Of a stretch of 41,495 nt of DNA, positions 18,333-28,120 are shown one piece after another. How positions within the stretch are numbered: the stretch's first letter is position 1; every line of letters begins with the position of its first letter. The translations under genes were made by a program, and so were the position numbers. This stretch comes from an uncultured Gemmatimonadota bacterium (lineage in GTDB: Bacteria; GCA-2686955), in assembly GCA_964490075.1 (NCBI GenBank), contig CAZBBK010000052.1:1-41495 (forward strand), in the 5' to 3' direction. The notes under the pieces were generated by a model. It saw only the letters and a program-made list of their open reading frames with translations, searched no databases and was not told the DNA's origin.

Positions 18333-18838
18333 ATCCGCCGCACCTTGCGGATGGCGTCGAGCAGGCCGCGACTGCGGGGGCGCCATCCGCGGATCCGAGC
18401 CGCTTGATAGAGATCGAGCCAGGGCATGCCCGAGGCGAAGCTGAGAGCCCGGGCGTTCCCGTGGTTGAAGCAGTAGAAGGCCACCTGGTGACCCGGCAGC
18501 TCCGCCTGGTCGTCAAAGTTGTACAGTGCCCGCCGCACCTCGGGCGGTAGCTGGCCCATCCGGTAAACGTGGCCCGGAAGGCGGTTCATGGCACGGTAGA
18601 GGGTGGCCCGCGACGGGCACCGATAGCCCTTCTTTCGGCAGAAGGCCTCGATCCGCGTCTGAAGCTCCGCGACCGGTGGACGTTCCTGGCCCAGGAGCAG
18701 CCCGTGGAGCTGCTCCTGGAGAGGACCCGGCAATCGGCTCATACCGCGGTCCGAGCGGCCGCGACGAGACCGTTCACCGCCCGGACCGAAGCGCTTGCGC
18801 GCCTTATCGAGCGATGCATCGAGGTCAAAGAGAGACAT
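18329..18838 (-). CDS. Putative antitoxin/DNA-binding partner of the AbiEii toxin
   Basis: Translationally coupled (ATGA) upstream of the toxin. Basic N-terminus RRGRSDRGMSRL and HTH-like CPSRATLYR. Start ATG 18838; 169 aa. Confidence 0.7.
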   Translation of the reverse strand: MSLFDLDASLDKARKRFGPGGERSRRGRSDRGMSRLPGPLQEQLHGLLLGQERPPVAELQTRIEAFCRKKGYRCPSRATLYRAMNRLPGHVYRMGQLPPEVRRALYNFDDQAELPGHQVAFYCFNHGNARALSFASGMPWLDLYQAARIRGWRPRSRGLLDAIRKVRRI

Positions 18839-18841
18839 ATC

Positions 18842-18877
18842 GACTGCTAATATAAGACATATGGCAGTCCATCTCAA
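18842..18877 (-). promoter_or_regulatory. Sigma70 promoter of the TA operon with overlapping inverted-repeat operator
   Basis: Minus strand TTGAGA-N17-TATATT, 10 nt before ATG. Imperfect palindrome GACTGCtaatat...atatgGCAGTC (18842-18869) covers the -10 box and spacer. Direct repeat AGACATAT at 18833 and 18855. Confidence 0.7.
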
Positions 18878-18931
18878 TACTGACGCGGGTCTAGGCGGGA
18901 GGCACCCACGGGCCGGGCCCTCGTGCAGGCG

Positions 18932-19002
18932 TGGATTCCGGCTTTCGCCGGAATGACGAGGATACTGCGCACTTCCATCATTCCGGCGAAAGCCGGCATC
19001 CA
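18932..19002. repeat. REP-like inverted doublet (REPIN-type)
   Basis: TGGATTCCGGCTTTCGCCGGAATGA (18932-18956) and TCATTCCGGCGAAAGCCGGCATCCA (18978-19002) are 25-nt inverted copies with one mismatch; each is itself a hairpin. Confidence 0.8.
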
Positions 19003-19046
19003 GTTCGGTCCAACACCGGGCTCACCAGGCAAGACCAAATGGCCGA

Positions 19047-20852
19047 TCAATCGAAGAGCAGCGAGACCGAGAGACGCAGATCGCGATAGAAGGGCGTATC
19101 GAGAACCGAGTACTCGCTGGTGCCCAGGAATCCAAGCAGATCGAACTGTAGATTGGCGGTCGGCTTGTAGCCGAGACCGTAGCTGAACACCGTTGAGCTC
19201 GAAGCACTCTCGTAGCGCTCGTGCACCGAATCGTAGACATTGTCGTCCACGTCGACCCACAGCTCGCCCTCGCCATCCAGGTGCCGGACGGTGAAGGGTT
19301 CGCTGGAGCGCACTTGGCGCGCGTCGTCGGTGGTGCTGCGGCTGTGGCTGAACAGCGCCCCCAACCTGAGCGCCCATTGGCCGTTGTCCGTGAAGAGGTA
19401 CTCCAGCCCCACCGGAACCGCCCACATCGTCGTGAGCGTGCCGAGCGTGCGATCGAAGCTGAGGCCCTCCGTCTCGGTTTCGGTGTAGTCGGCCGCTGTG
19501 GAGTCGCCGTCGACCACCTCGAACACCGCCTCGCTGGCGAAGAGCCCCACCAGGTCGGTCTCCAGCGTGCTCTCGCTGCGGCTCCAGCGTCCGCCGATCG
19601 CCAACAGCGCCTTGCTCCCCAGCGGCTTGCTCCAGCGCCCGCGCAGCCCGTAGCTCCAGACCGTCCTGGTGCCGCGCTCGGTGTCGGCGATGTCGCTCGA
19701 GAAATCGTCATTGAAGTCGGTGGCGAGGGTATCGGAGCCGTCGAAGTAGCGTTCGCTCGAGACGAAGGACCCGCTCCACGAATCGTCGTAGTCGAAGGAG
19801 CCGCGACCGAGTGACGCGCCGAGGAACCAGTAGCCATCGTCGACCCGCCGAGTGCCCTGCTCGAATGTCTGTCGCAGGGAGAGCGCCAGCGTCATGGTTT
19901 GCCCCGACTCCTCGAGCAGCCTGTCGTAACGATCGGACTCGTCGTAGGTATCTTGGAAGTCGCCCAGCTCGGCGTCGAACACCTCGATCATGCCCTGGTA
20001 GCGATCCCGCACCCGCAGCGTGGAATTGGTGAGCAAATCGAGCCGCAGATCACCGCGCAGCTCCAGGTCTTCGGACCAGGGCTTCATGGCCGCGAGCTGG
20101 ATCGCCGTGGTCGAGTACTCGGATTCGGTCGAGAAGTCGCCCGATTCGGACCAACGATCGGTCTCGAAGTCGTCGATCAGGTCGACGTTCGCCAACGAGC
20201 GCTCGCGCGAAGGGGCACCGAACCAGACCGGAGACAATGACGAATGGCCCGATCCGAGAACGCTGGACGCCGTGCTGCGATCGGAGCTCGAGCGCATCCA
20301 GCCGAGCTGTAGGCCGTAGATCATCTCGCCGTGGCGCTTGGTGTTGTTCACGACCAACGACAGATTGCCGAAACCGTTGGCCGCCCGAAGGCTCTGCGAG
20401 ATGGTCTGCTCGAAGTCGAAAATGCCGTCGAAGTCGGTGTCGCGAACAGCGCGGAACTCGTCGCCCAGCTCGCCTTGCCCGAACAGATCCGGGTAGCCGT
20501 CGAGATCGGAATCGAGCTCCAGCGAGAGCGGCGTGTCGGTGTCGCTCATGCGCACCAGCGCCGAGCTGAAGAGTCCGTCCAGCCACGGGTTCTCGCCGCC
20601 GATCCCGAGCAACAGCTCGTCGTCGGACGCGTTGTCGAAGAGCCTCTCGCCATTGCTGGTCAAGTTGCTGAGGTTGGTGTAGAGGCGCGTCCCATCGACG
20701 AAGCCGAGCTCCACCGGATCGTAGATCAGGTCGAGATCGTCGTCGATCACGCCTCCCAAGGCCAGGCTCCGAAACGACACCGGATCCTGGGCGGATGAAT
20801 GTGTTGCGCAGATGGCCACCAGGGCCGCGGTCATGGAGATTCGTCTGTTCAT
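19047..20852 (-). CDS. Probable outer-membrane beta-barrel protein
   Basis: Signal peptide; FRSLALGG and IYDPVELG start typical of FadL/PorV-like barrels; alternating hydrophobic strands (VPVGLEYLF, ALRLGALF, FSYGLGYK); C-terminal LSVSLLFD. Confidence 0.7.
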   Translation of the reverse strand: MNRRISMTAALVAICATHSSAQDPVSFRSLALGGVIDDDLDLIYDPVELGFVDGTRLYTNLSNLTSNGERLFDNASDDELLLGIGGENPWLDGLFSSALVRMSDTDTPLSLELDSDLDGYPDLFGQGELGDEFRAVRDTDFDGIFDFEQTISQSLRAANGFGNLSLVVNNTKRHGEMIYGLQLGWMRSSSDRSTASSVLGSGHSSLSPVWFGAPSRERSLANVDLIDDFETDRWSESGDFSTESEYSTTAIQLAAMKPWSEDLELRGDLRLDLLTNSTLRVRDRYQGMIEVFDAELGDFQDTYDESDRYDRLLEESGQTMTLALSLRQTFEQGTRRVDDGYWFLGASLGRGSFDYDDSWSGSFVSSERYFDGSDTLATDFNDDFSSDIADTERGTRTVWSYGLRGRWSKPLGSKALLAIGGRWSRSESTLETDLVGLFASEAVFEVVDGDSTAADYTETETEGLSFDRTLGTLTTMWAVPVGLEYLFTDNGQWALRLGALFSHSRSTTDDARQVRSSEPFTVRHLDGEGELWVDVDDNVYDSVHERYESASSSTVFSYGLGYKPTANLQFDLLGFLGTSEYSVLDTPFYRDLRLSVSLLFD

Positions 20853-20867
20853 TGCTCTTCCTCTTCG

Positions 20868-21854
20868 CTACCGGTTGGCCACGACACTATCGGGGTCGAC
20901 GATCGTCACGCTCAAGGTATCGGAGCTCGCCGAGTCCTCCAGCTCTCCGGAAGCGATCAGGTAGTAGTTGTAGGTCTCCCCCACCACGAGCGCCGCCGCG
21001 GTGTCGGCGTCGACATAGCCGGTCATGTCTGTCGGCACCGATCCGATCAGATCGTACTGATCGTCGCCGCCCTCCAAATCGCGATAGACGCGGAACCAGC
21101 GTTCCGATGCCGATTCGTCCGACCACTGCAGCTCCACCACGCGACTGCCGTCGCTCTGCTGCGCCGACGTGAAGACCGGCGGATCGAGATCGTACTCGAC
21201 CCAGGCGAAGTAGGCGGCGCTGGTGTCGGGATCTTCGAAAGAGCTGCGCACGGTCACGCGATAGAAGTAGCCGGTCCCGTCCACGACGCTGGCGTCGACG
21301 TAAAAAGTGTCGCCGGTGGTACCGACTGGCGCGAACTCGAGTCCATCGTCGGAGCGCTCGACGAGGAATTCGTCCAGGTGGTCGGCGTTGTTGTGCCAGC
21401 GCAGCTCGGCGGAGGATACCGTCAGGATCAGGGCGGCCAGGGAGTCCGGCGCATCGAAACGGGCGGTCTTGACGTCGGCGTGGGCACGGCTGTGCAGACC
21501 GTTCTCCAGGAAGGAGCCGATCGTGTAACGGTACTCGCTGTCCTCGGCGACCAGGGTGTCGACAAAGGCGTTCTGGGCGGCGCTCTGGATGGTCCCCAGG
21601 AGCACTCCGTCGCGAAGGACCTTGTAGCAGAGGAAAGCGGCGGCGTCGTTGGCCGCCCATTCGAAGCTCACCCGATTCGAGCGCAGGTTGCCGTTGGCGT
21701 AGCCGACCGAGAAGTCGCCGTCGCTGCCGAGTTGATCGGTCGCGATGGTCGGAGTAGTGACGCGGCCGATCAGGTCGATCTGGGTGATTCGAGTCGCGTC
21801 GAGCGAGCACGCCGCCACCAGCGCGAGCGGCGCCAATACGAGAGCAAGGCGCAT
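20868..21854 (-). CDS. Lipoprotein with fibronectin type III-like repeats
   Basis: AAGGAGG RBS; MRLALVLAPLALVAAC lipobox; three FN3-like repeats (YKVLRDG..FVDT..YRYTI; FLVERS..YVDAS..YFYRV; FRVYRD..YVDAD..YNYYL). Confidence 0.75.
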   Translation of the reverse strand: MRLALVLAPLALVAACSLDATRITQIDLIGRVTTPTIATDQLGSDGDFSVGYANGNLRSNRVSFEWAANDAAAFLCYKVLRDGVLLGTIQSAAQNAFVDTLVAEDSEYRYTIGSFLENGLHSRAHADVKTARFDAPDSLAALILTVSSAELRWHNNADHLDEFLVERSDDGLEFAPVGTTGDTFYVDASVVDGTGYFYRVTVRSSFEDPDTSAAYFAWVEYDLDPPVFTSAQQSDGSRVVELQWSDESASERWFRVYRDLEGGDDQYDLIGSVPTDMTGYVDADTAAALVVGETYNYYLIASGELEDSASSDTLSVTIVDPDSVVANR

Positions 21855-22051
21855 CGTGGCCTCCTTCTGGACGCGGCCGAACGAAGCCTGGGGAGGGTGT
21901 CGGATCGCGTTTCGGTCCTTGCGACCCTCCCCTGGTCCGGCCACGTGGAATGCGGGAGGGTAGGCGCGGTGATGATGGAAGTCAATGACGGGGGAAGTCG
22001 GCGCAAATGGCAGAGGTTACGCTTCCAGGCAACTCAACCCCGGAGTCATCC

Positions 22052-22924
22052 ATGAGAACCGCCGCCCTGCTCGCCTCCACCCTCGCTACCCTCGCCGCCG
22101 CACCTGCCTCCGCCGACGACTTCGAGATCGACCTCGGGCGCGGTACGGTCCTGGTCGAGGAGCCGGGATCCTACGATCCGGGCACGCCGACCCCGCTGGT
22201 CGTGCTGCTGCACGGCTATGGCAGCAGCGGCCAAGGGCAGGAGGACTACCTGCACTTCGGCCCTCTCGCCGAGGAGTTCGGCTTCTTCTACATGTACCCC
22301 GACGGCAGCGTGGACGAGGGCGGCGACCGCTTCTGGAACGCGACCGACGCCTGCTGCGACTTCTACGACACCGGGATCGACGATTCGAGCTATATCCGCG
22401 CCCTGATCGATGAGGTGAAGTCGCTGCGCAATATCGACCAGCGGCGGGTGTTCATCGTCGGCCACTCCAACGGCGGCTTCATGACCCATCGGATGGCCTG
22501 CGACCACGCCGAGGTGCTCGCGGCAATCGCCAACTTCGCCGGCTCTACCTGGGACGATCCGAGCCTCTGCCAGCCTTCGGAGGCGGTGCACTCGCTGCGC
22601 ATTCACGGCACATTCGACACCGCCATCCGCTACGGAGGGGGCTACATCGAAGATGCCGGCTACTACCCGGGCGCGGTCGAGAGCTCGATCGACTGGGGTC
22701 GCTACAACGACTGCGCTCGAGTCATCGACCAATCCGCGCCGCCGATGAACCTCGACTGGCTGGTGCCGGGTCGCGAGACGCACATCGCCAAGGCCGAGGT
22801 CGGCTGCGCGCCAGGCGGCAGCGTCGAGCTCTGGCAGATGCGCCGCTCCTGGCACATTCCCTGGGTGACGCCCAGGTTCAGCCGGGAGATCGTGGAGTAC
22901 TTCTACGCGCATCCGAAGCCGTAG
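22052..22924 (+). CDS. Secreted alpha/beta-hydrolase, PHB-depolymerase/LpqC-like esterase
   Basis: Signal peptide; PLVVLLHGYG, WNATDACC, IDQRRVFIVGHSNGGFM (GxSxG), IHGTFD, late His (SWHIP). Confidence 0.88.
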   Translation: MRTAALLASTLATLAAAPASADDFEIDLGRGTVLVEEPGSYDPGTPTPLVVLLHGYGSSGQGQEDYLHFGPLAEEFGFFYMYPDGSVDEGGDRFWNATDACCDFYDTGIDDSSYIRALIDEVKSLRNIDQRRVFIVGHSNGGFMTHRMACDHAEVLAAIANFAGSTWDDPSLCQPSEAVHSLRIHGTFDTAIRYGGGYIEDAGYYPGAVESSIDWGRYNDCARVIDQSAPPMNLDWLVPGRETHIAKAEVGCAPGGSVELWQMRRSWHIPWVTPRFSREIVEYFYAHPKP

Positions 22925-22942
22925 CGAGGACCTGAAGCTCGA

Positions 22943-24817
22943 TCAGCCGATCAAACGATAGATCCGCAATCCCTCGCCGGCCACGGTGAGGTAGATGTAG
23001 CCGTCTTCGTCGACGAAGACGTCGGTCACGCCCGGCACGCTGAGCGGATCGAGCAGCAGCTCGGGCGCGGTGGAGTCGGAGACATCGATCACCCAAAGCC
23101 AGCCGCTGCCGGTGCCGAACACCAGGTCGTCGTGCAGCGCCAGCTCGCTCAAGGTTCCGCCGGGAAGCGCCAGCTCGCCTTCGAGCTCGTATCCACCCTC
23201 GTGATCGATGCGCAGCACCCGGTAGCCGCCGTGGTCGAGGCCTCCCAGCGCCTGGTGCAGGAGGTCGCCCTCGGTCTCCATCTCTTGGCCGACCATGCCC
23301 CACAAATAGCCCCGCCTGCCGATCGAGCGTGGGTCGGTGGCGTCAAGCCAGTAGAAACGCCAGGGACCGTGCCACGAGTAGAGAGTCTCGCCGTCGGCCG
23401 CCCGATCGACCGTCACCTGCGACCAGAAAGTGGCGGAGCCACCCATGTCCATGCCCCCGATCTCTCGCGGAGTATCGACTTCGCGGATGTCGAAGATCCA
23501 CAGGTCGCTATAATTGTGCCCTCTGCCCCATGCCCCGGCGACGTACAAACGTCCCGGCGACACATCCATCCCGTAGACCCAACTATAGCTGCCCGGCCAA
23601 GCGGCGATCAGCACCGGATCGGAAGGCGACGATACGTCGAGAATTCGAAACAGCTTCTCGTCCTCGGCGCCGTCGCAGCCGGCGATGACGTGTCCTTCGT
23701 AGAACACCAGGTCGTGCAGATAGACCGGGGTCTCGGCGGGCGAGTCGTAGACGCCGATCTCCACCGGCAGGGAGGGCCGCGACACATCGACCACCCGCAT
23801 CCCGGAGGCACCGGCGGCCACGAAGGCAAGATCCTCGTCGACGACCACCGCGAGCGCCGCGCCCTCCTCGAGGGAGACCGCGCCGACCTGTGCCAGGTAC
23901 GGCGCCCGCGCTGCCGCGACCGGTTCGTCGAGCCGCGTCCAAGGAAGCGGAGTTTCGCCGCGGGGGGCGATCCGCCCCCGATAGAGTAGATCGCGACGCT
24001 CGGATCCCTGCCAGAGAGTGATGCCGGCCGGTCCCGCCGCCAGCGCCACGTGGTCTCCCTTCAAGGCCAGATCCCAGGCCAGCGCGTCCGCCGCCCTGCT
24101 CACCGGCGGCACGGTGGAGCCGGTGGCGGCCCAATCCAGCACACCCGCCGGCCCGGCGGCCAGCCAGCGACCGCCGCCGCCCACGATCGGCTGCTCCAGC
24201 CGCCGCTCGACCCCATCCGCCAGGCGCCGCAGAGCCTCGCCGCGCGCCAAGAAGAGCCCGTCATCCAGACGCACGAAGCGCGGCGGAGCGCCGCCCTCGA
24301 CCGACCAGGGTCCGCTGACACGATCCGAATCGAGTCGCCAGTAGCGACCGTCGGCCGCCGCGGCCCACAAGGAAGATCCATCGAACTGTACATCGACGAT
24401 CTCCCCCGCGAGCTCCCAGCGCCGCAGCAAGGCCGGCGACTCGCCGTGGAGCTCGTAGACGCTGACCCCGGCGGTGGCCTCGGCGATCGCCAGCAGATCG
24501 ACACGAAGATCGACCGCCAGAGCCGCGTCGCCGCTCGAAATCGTCGCCACCACCCGCGGCTCTTCCTCCACCCGGAGCAAGCGCACGCCGGCCCAGTCAC
24601 AAGCCACGGCCACCCGCACCCGGTCCGACGCCAGATCGCGCACCACACCCTCGACCGGCACGGATGCCGGCTCGCGCCCCAGCGCGCCGACAACGACCAG
24701 GCCGCCCCCGCCGCCAACGATCCGATCGCCGCACCAGGCCACCGCGTCGCAGTCCCAGGGTCTCCCCACGGCGTTCGCCGCCAAGGTCACCGCCAATAGT
24801 CCGATCGTCGCGCTCAT
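22943..24817 (-). CDS. Secreted LVIVD-repeat (beta-propeller) protein
   Basis: Repeats GMRVVDVSRPSLP, FRILDVSSPSDP, LWIFDIREVDTP, LWVIDVSDSTAP; signal-like N-terminus; ATGA overlap with the upstream gene. Confidence 0.75.
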   Translation of the reverse strand: MSATIGLLAVTLAANAVGRPWDCDAVAWCGDRIVGGGGGLVVVGALGREPASVPVEGVVRDLASDRVRVAVACDWAGVRLLRVEEEPRVVATISSGDAALAVDLRVDLLAIAEATAGVSVYELHGESPALLRRWELAGEIVDVQFDGSSLWAAAADGRYWRLDSDRVSGPWSVEGGAPPRFVRLDDGLFLARGEALRRLADGVERRLEQPIVGGGGRWLAAGPAGVLDWAATGSTVPPVSRAADALAWDLALKGDHVALAAGPAGITLWQGSERRDLLYRGRIAPRGETPLPWTRLDEPVAAARAPYLAQVGAVSLEEGAALAVVVDEDLAFVAAGASGMRVVDVSRPSLPVEIGVYDSPAETPVYLHDLVFYEGHVIAGCDGAEDEKLFRILDVSSPSDPVLIAAWPGSYSWVYGMDVSPGRLYVAGAWGRGHNYSDLWIFDIREVDTPREIGGMDMGGSATFWSQVTVDRAADGETLYSWHGPWRFYWLDATDPRSIGRRGYLWGMVGQEMETEGDLLHQALGGLDHGGYRVLRIDHEGGYELEGELALPGGTLSELALHDDLVFGTGSGWLWVIDVSDSTAPELLLDPLSVPGVTDVFVDEDGYIYLTVAGEGLRIYRLIG

Positions 24818-27601
24818 TGTGTACCCCTCTCGTCGTCCGTCACGAGCACCACCCACTCGCGGTTCTCCGGCCCGCCGTAGGCGCCCATGTCGCCGCGCTC
24901 GCCGTTCGCCACCCCCGCCGGCCAGCGCGGATGCCAATCGTAGATCGCGTCGATCAGTCCGGGATCACCGGCATCGATGGCCGGGGAGCCGGGGCCGAGG
25001 AGATGGTCGAATCCGGAGTAGGCACGGAAAAGCGGATCGGCATCGATGTTGCCGATGCCCGGCCAGCCGCCTTCTACCAGCGTGTACTCGACGCGCAGGT
25101 AGTAGCCCGACTCGGGATGAATCTCGGTGCCGTGATTGCCCCAGACAATGCTGTTCGCCAGAGTCAGATAACCCCCTGGGATCTTGACCGAGATCCCGGC
25201 GCCGATCTCGGCCTGGTTGCCGGTGATGGTCGCGCCGTCGATCGCGCTTGGGACGAGGTCTCCGCGCACCCCACCGCCGCGCCGCGCCCGATTGCCCGTG
25301 ATCAGACAGCGGATCAGCTCGCTATCGTCGAGGAAGACCCCGCCGCCGTCACCAACCGCGCTGTTGTCCCGCACCACGCAGTGCCGAATGCTGTTGCAGC
25401 GACCGTAGATCCCGCCGCCGTCCTCCGAGGCCCGGTTCCGCGCCACGATGCAGCGCTCGACCAGCCCACCCCGGGCCCTGAGACCGCCTCCGAAGCGTGC
25501 CCGGTTGCCGCGCAGCTCACAATCTGAAAGCGCCGATCCCGAGTCGCCGCAGTATCCCCCACCTTTCTCGCCCGCGGAATTGTCGAAGAAATAACAGAAT
25601 TGCAGATGGATCACGGGATGGCCCTCGGCAAAGACGCCGCCACCGTGGCGCACCGCCTCATTGCGGGTGAATACACAATCTCGAAGAGCCACATCAAGCG
25701 AGCCATCGTCGAGATGCAGAGCTCCTCCGTTGATACCGGCACGATTGCGATCGAAAAGAGTATGGCTGATCATCAGCCCTGCCGCCACCGCGCCGATCCC
25801 ACCCCCGATCCCTCGCTGCGGTTGCCCACGATCGCGCAACGCGTGATCCGGGGCTGGCTGCCGGCTTGACAGACGATGCCGCCGCCTTCCGTCCCGATGC
25901 CACCGGTGATCGTCAACCCCTCGATGTGGGGGCGTCGGCCGGCCGAGCCGTCGACCTCGATAACCGGGCCGGCGCCTCGGGCATCGATCACAGTCGTCGC
26001 GACCACCCGTGGATCAAGCGGCGCGCTGCCGGTGAGAACGATCTCGCGCGCGCCCAGTCCCAACCCCCACTCCGGGTAGGTGCCCGGCGCGACCATGACC
26101 GTGTCGCAGTCGCAGAGTCCGAGCAGCGCTTCCGCGATCGTTCCCACCTCCTCCGGCACATGGACCGTGCCCCCACCGACACGAGCATCGCAACCGAGTC
26201 CGAACGCCCCGATGTCGGTGCCGTTCTCGCCGGCCCCCAGGCAGGGCGACGCGGGCGCCAGCGTGAGATCGTTCGCCGCGCCGCAGCCGGCGTCGCAGAA
26301 CAGAGGGCAACGATCGAAGTTGCCCTCGCCCGGCCATCCACCGTGAACATCGCTGTACGATATCTGCAGGTATTCGGTACTGCCCGCAATGCCCTCGGCG
26401 CCGTTGCCCCAGACGATGCTGCTGGAGATCCAGGTGTCTGAACCGTAGGAGAGCGAGATGTAGATTCCACCACCGTACCGATCGGCGACGTTGCCCACGA
26501 TGGTGCAGTGATCGAGCACCGGGCCGTCTCGGAAGAGCGCGATGGCGCCACCGCGGACGGCCGAGTTCCCGGTCAAGACGCAGGCGCCCAACCAAATCGA
26601 CCCACCATTGGCAGAGACCGCCCCCCGTAGTCCCCAGCAACGTTGCCCTCGAACCAGCACTCGCTCATCGTCAGCCCACCCGAGCCCGCGTATGCTCCAC
26701 CATCCTCCTCGGCGTGATTGTCGTTGAATCGAGATGATGTAAACGTCCCCGACAATCCGTACAGCCCTCCTCCCGAGCGCGCCGCGTTGCTCGCGATCTC
26801 ACATTCCTGCAGCATCGCGGACGAGTCGTATCCGCCCGCTCCGCCCCCGCGCTCGGCGCTGTTGTCGCGCACCGTGCAACGCGTCAAGGCCAGCGACGAC
26901 TCGAAGGTGGCCGAGATTCCGCCCCCGTAGTAGTCGGCGACGTTGTCCGCGATCACGCAGTCGACCAGCTCGACGCTCGACTCCCAGAAGGCTCCGAGCG
27001 CCCCCCCGTTCCATGCCCGATTGCCGCCGAGCCAGCAGCGACGGATCGAAACCGACGACCAATCACACATCACCCCTCCACCCTCGTCGGTCGCGGAGTT
27101 GTTCTCGATCCGACATTCCTCGATCACCGGAGCCGCGAGGAAGCAGGCCATTCCGCCGCCGTGCCCTTGCGACACATTGCCGCGCAGGTGGCAGCGACGA
27201 ATCAGAGGCCCGGTCGAGGGGCGGCAGGTGATTCCCCCGCCGCGCGACTCCGGCCCGATCTCGGCGAATCCTCCGGTGATCGTCAGCCCCTCGAGCACGC
27301 TGGTGGTGTCTTCATAGCTGCGAAACCAGAACACGGTACCCTGAGCGGCGCCGTCGACGACCGTGGCCGCGACGACCCGCGGATCGGCGGGCGCCGATCC
27401 TCTCACCACGATCGCCCGCCCGCCGAAGTCGATATCGTGCTCGGCATAGGTGCCGGGCAGCACCAGCACCGTGTCGCCGTCGGCGGATGCATCGATCGCC
27501 CCCTGGATGGTCGCGAAATCCGTGGGAACGATGTGGGTGAGGGCAGAGGCTTGCCCGGCCAGCGCCAGAACGCCAGCGGCCGTCAGAATCGCTCGGTCCA
27601 C
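24814..27601 (-). pseudogene. Two-module right-handed parallel beta-helix (Pmp/pectin-lyase-like) secreted protein, split by two frameshifts
   Basis: Three consecutive ORFs (27601-26573, 26660-25773, 25839-24814) all carry N-x-A...GGG/GGAI repeats. They join into one ~929-aa frame if one G is added at each of the G6 (26621-26626) and G5 (25802-25806) tracts. Confidence 0.8.
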
Positions 27602-27796
27602 GGAACCCCCCTCTCGTGCAGCTCGACCTTCGCGGAAACGACGCCCGCCCGGTCGGGCGGGCTGGTCGGGATAGGGTCAGTATAGCCCGACGCAAGTGCC
27701 GGCTCGCGGATCTTGAATCCCCCAACCTCATCGCCACGACGTCCGAAATCACCACTATGATGGGGATGCGCATTCCACGGACGATGGAGTCGATCG

Positions 27797-28120
27797 ATGC
27801 CGAATCGCCAGCCTGCTCACCGCGAGGCAGAGATCTTGAGCATGCTGCGCTTCCTCTTCGCGGCCGAGTCGGCACGACTCCACGGCGCCCGTGTGGTGCT
27901 TTTCGGCTCCCGGGCCAAAGGCACCGCGCGACCGCGCTCCGATTTCGACGTAGGCGTGCTCGGAGAGTCGCCCATGCCGCTGGCCGACTTCTACGCGCTT
28001 GCGGACGCGATCGAAGCCCTGTCGACGCTTCATACCATCGACTGGGTCGATCTCATGCGCGCGGAACCACGATTCCGCGCGGCGGCGCTGGAAACCCACG
28101 CGGTACTTCATGAACCGTGA
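27797..28120 (+). CDS. Minimal nucleotidyltransferase (MNT) antitoxin
   Basis: VLFGSRAKGTARPRSDFDVGV = GSX10DXD; IDWVDL. 107 aa. Confidence 0.88.
   Translation: MPNRQPAHREAEILSMLRFLFAAESARLHGARVVLFGSRAKGTARPRSDFDVGVLGESPMPLADFYALADAIEALSTLHTIDWVDLMRAEPRFRAAALETHAVLHEP

Noticed and set aside
18329-18838. Transposase remnant or transposon end
   Set aside because: No DDE domain or terminal repeats; the ORF is intact, has its own promoter and is coupled to a toxin.
18874-19425. Short ORFs containing WIPAFAGM / IPAKAGI peptides
   Set aside because: These are translations of the REP-like repeat, not genes.
27643-27662. Perfect hairpin GCCCGCCC-GGTC-GGGCGGGC as a terminator (also CGCTGCCC/GGGCAGCG at 38329-38357)
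   Set aside because: No U-tract on either; the first lies between divergent genes, so no function can be supported.
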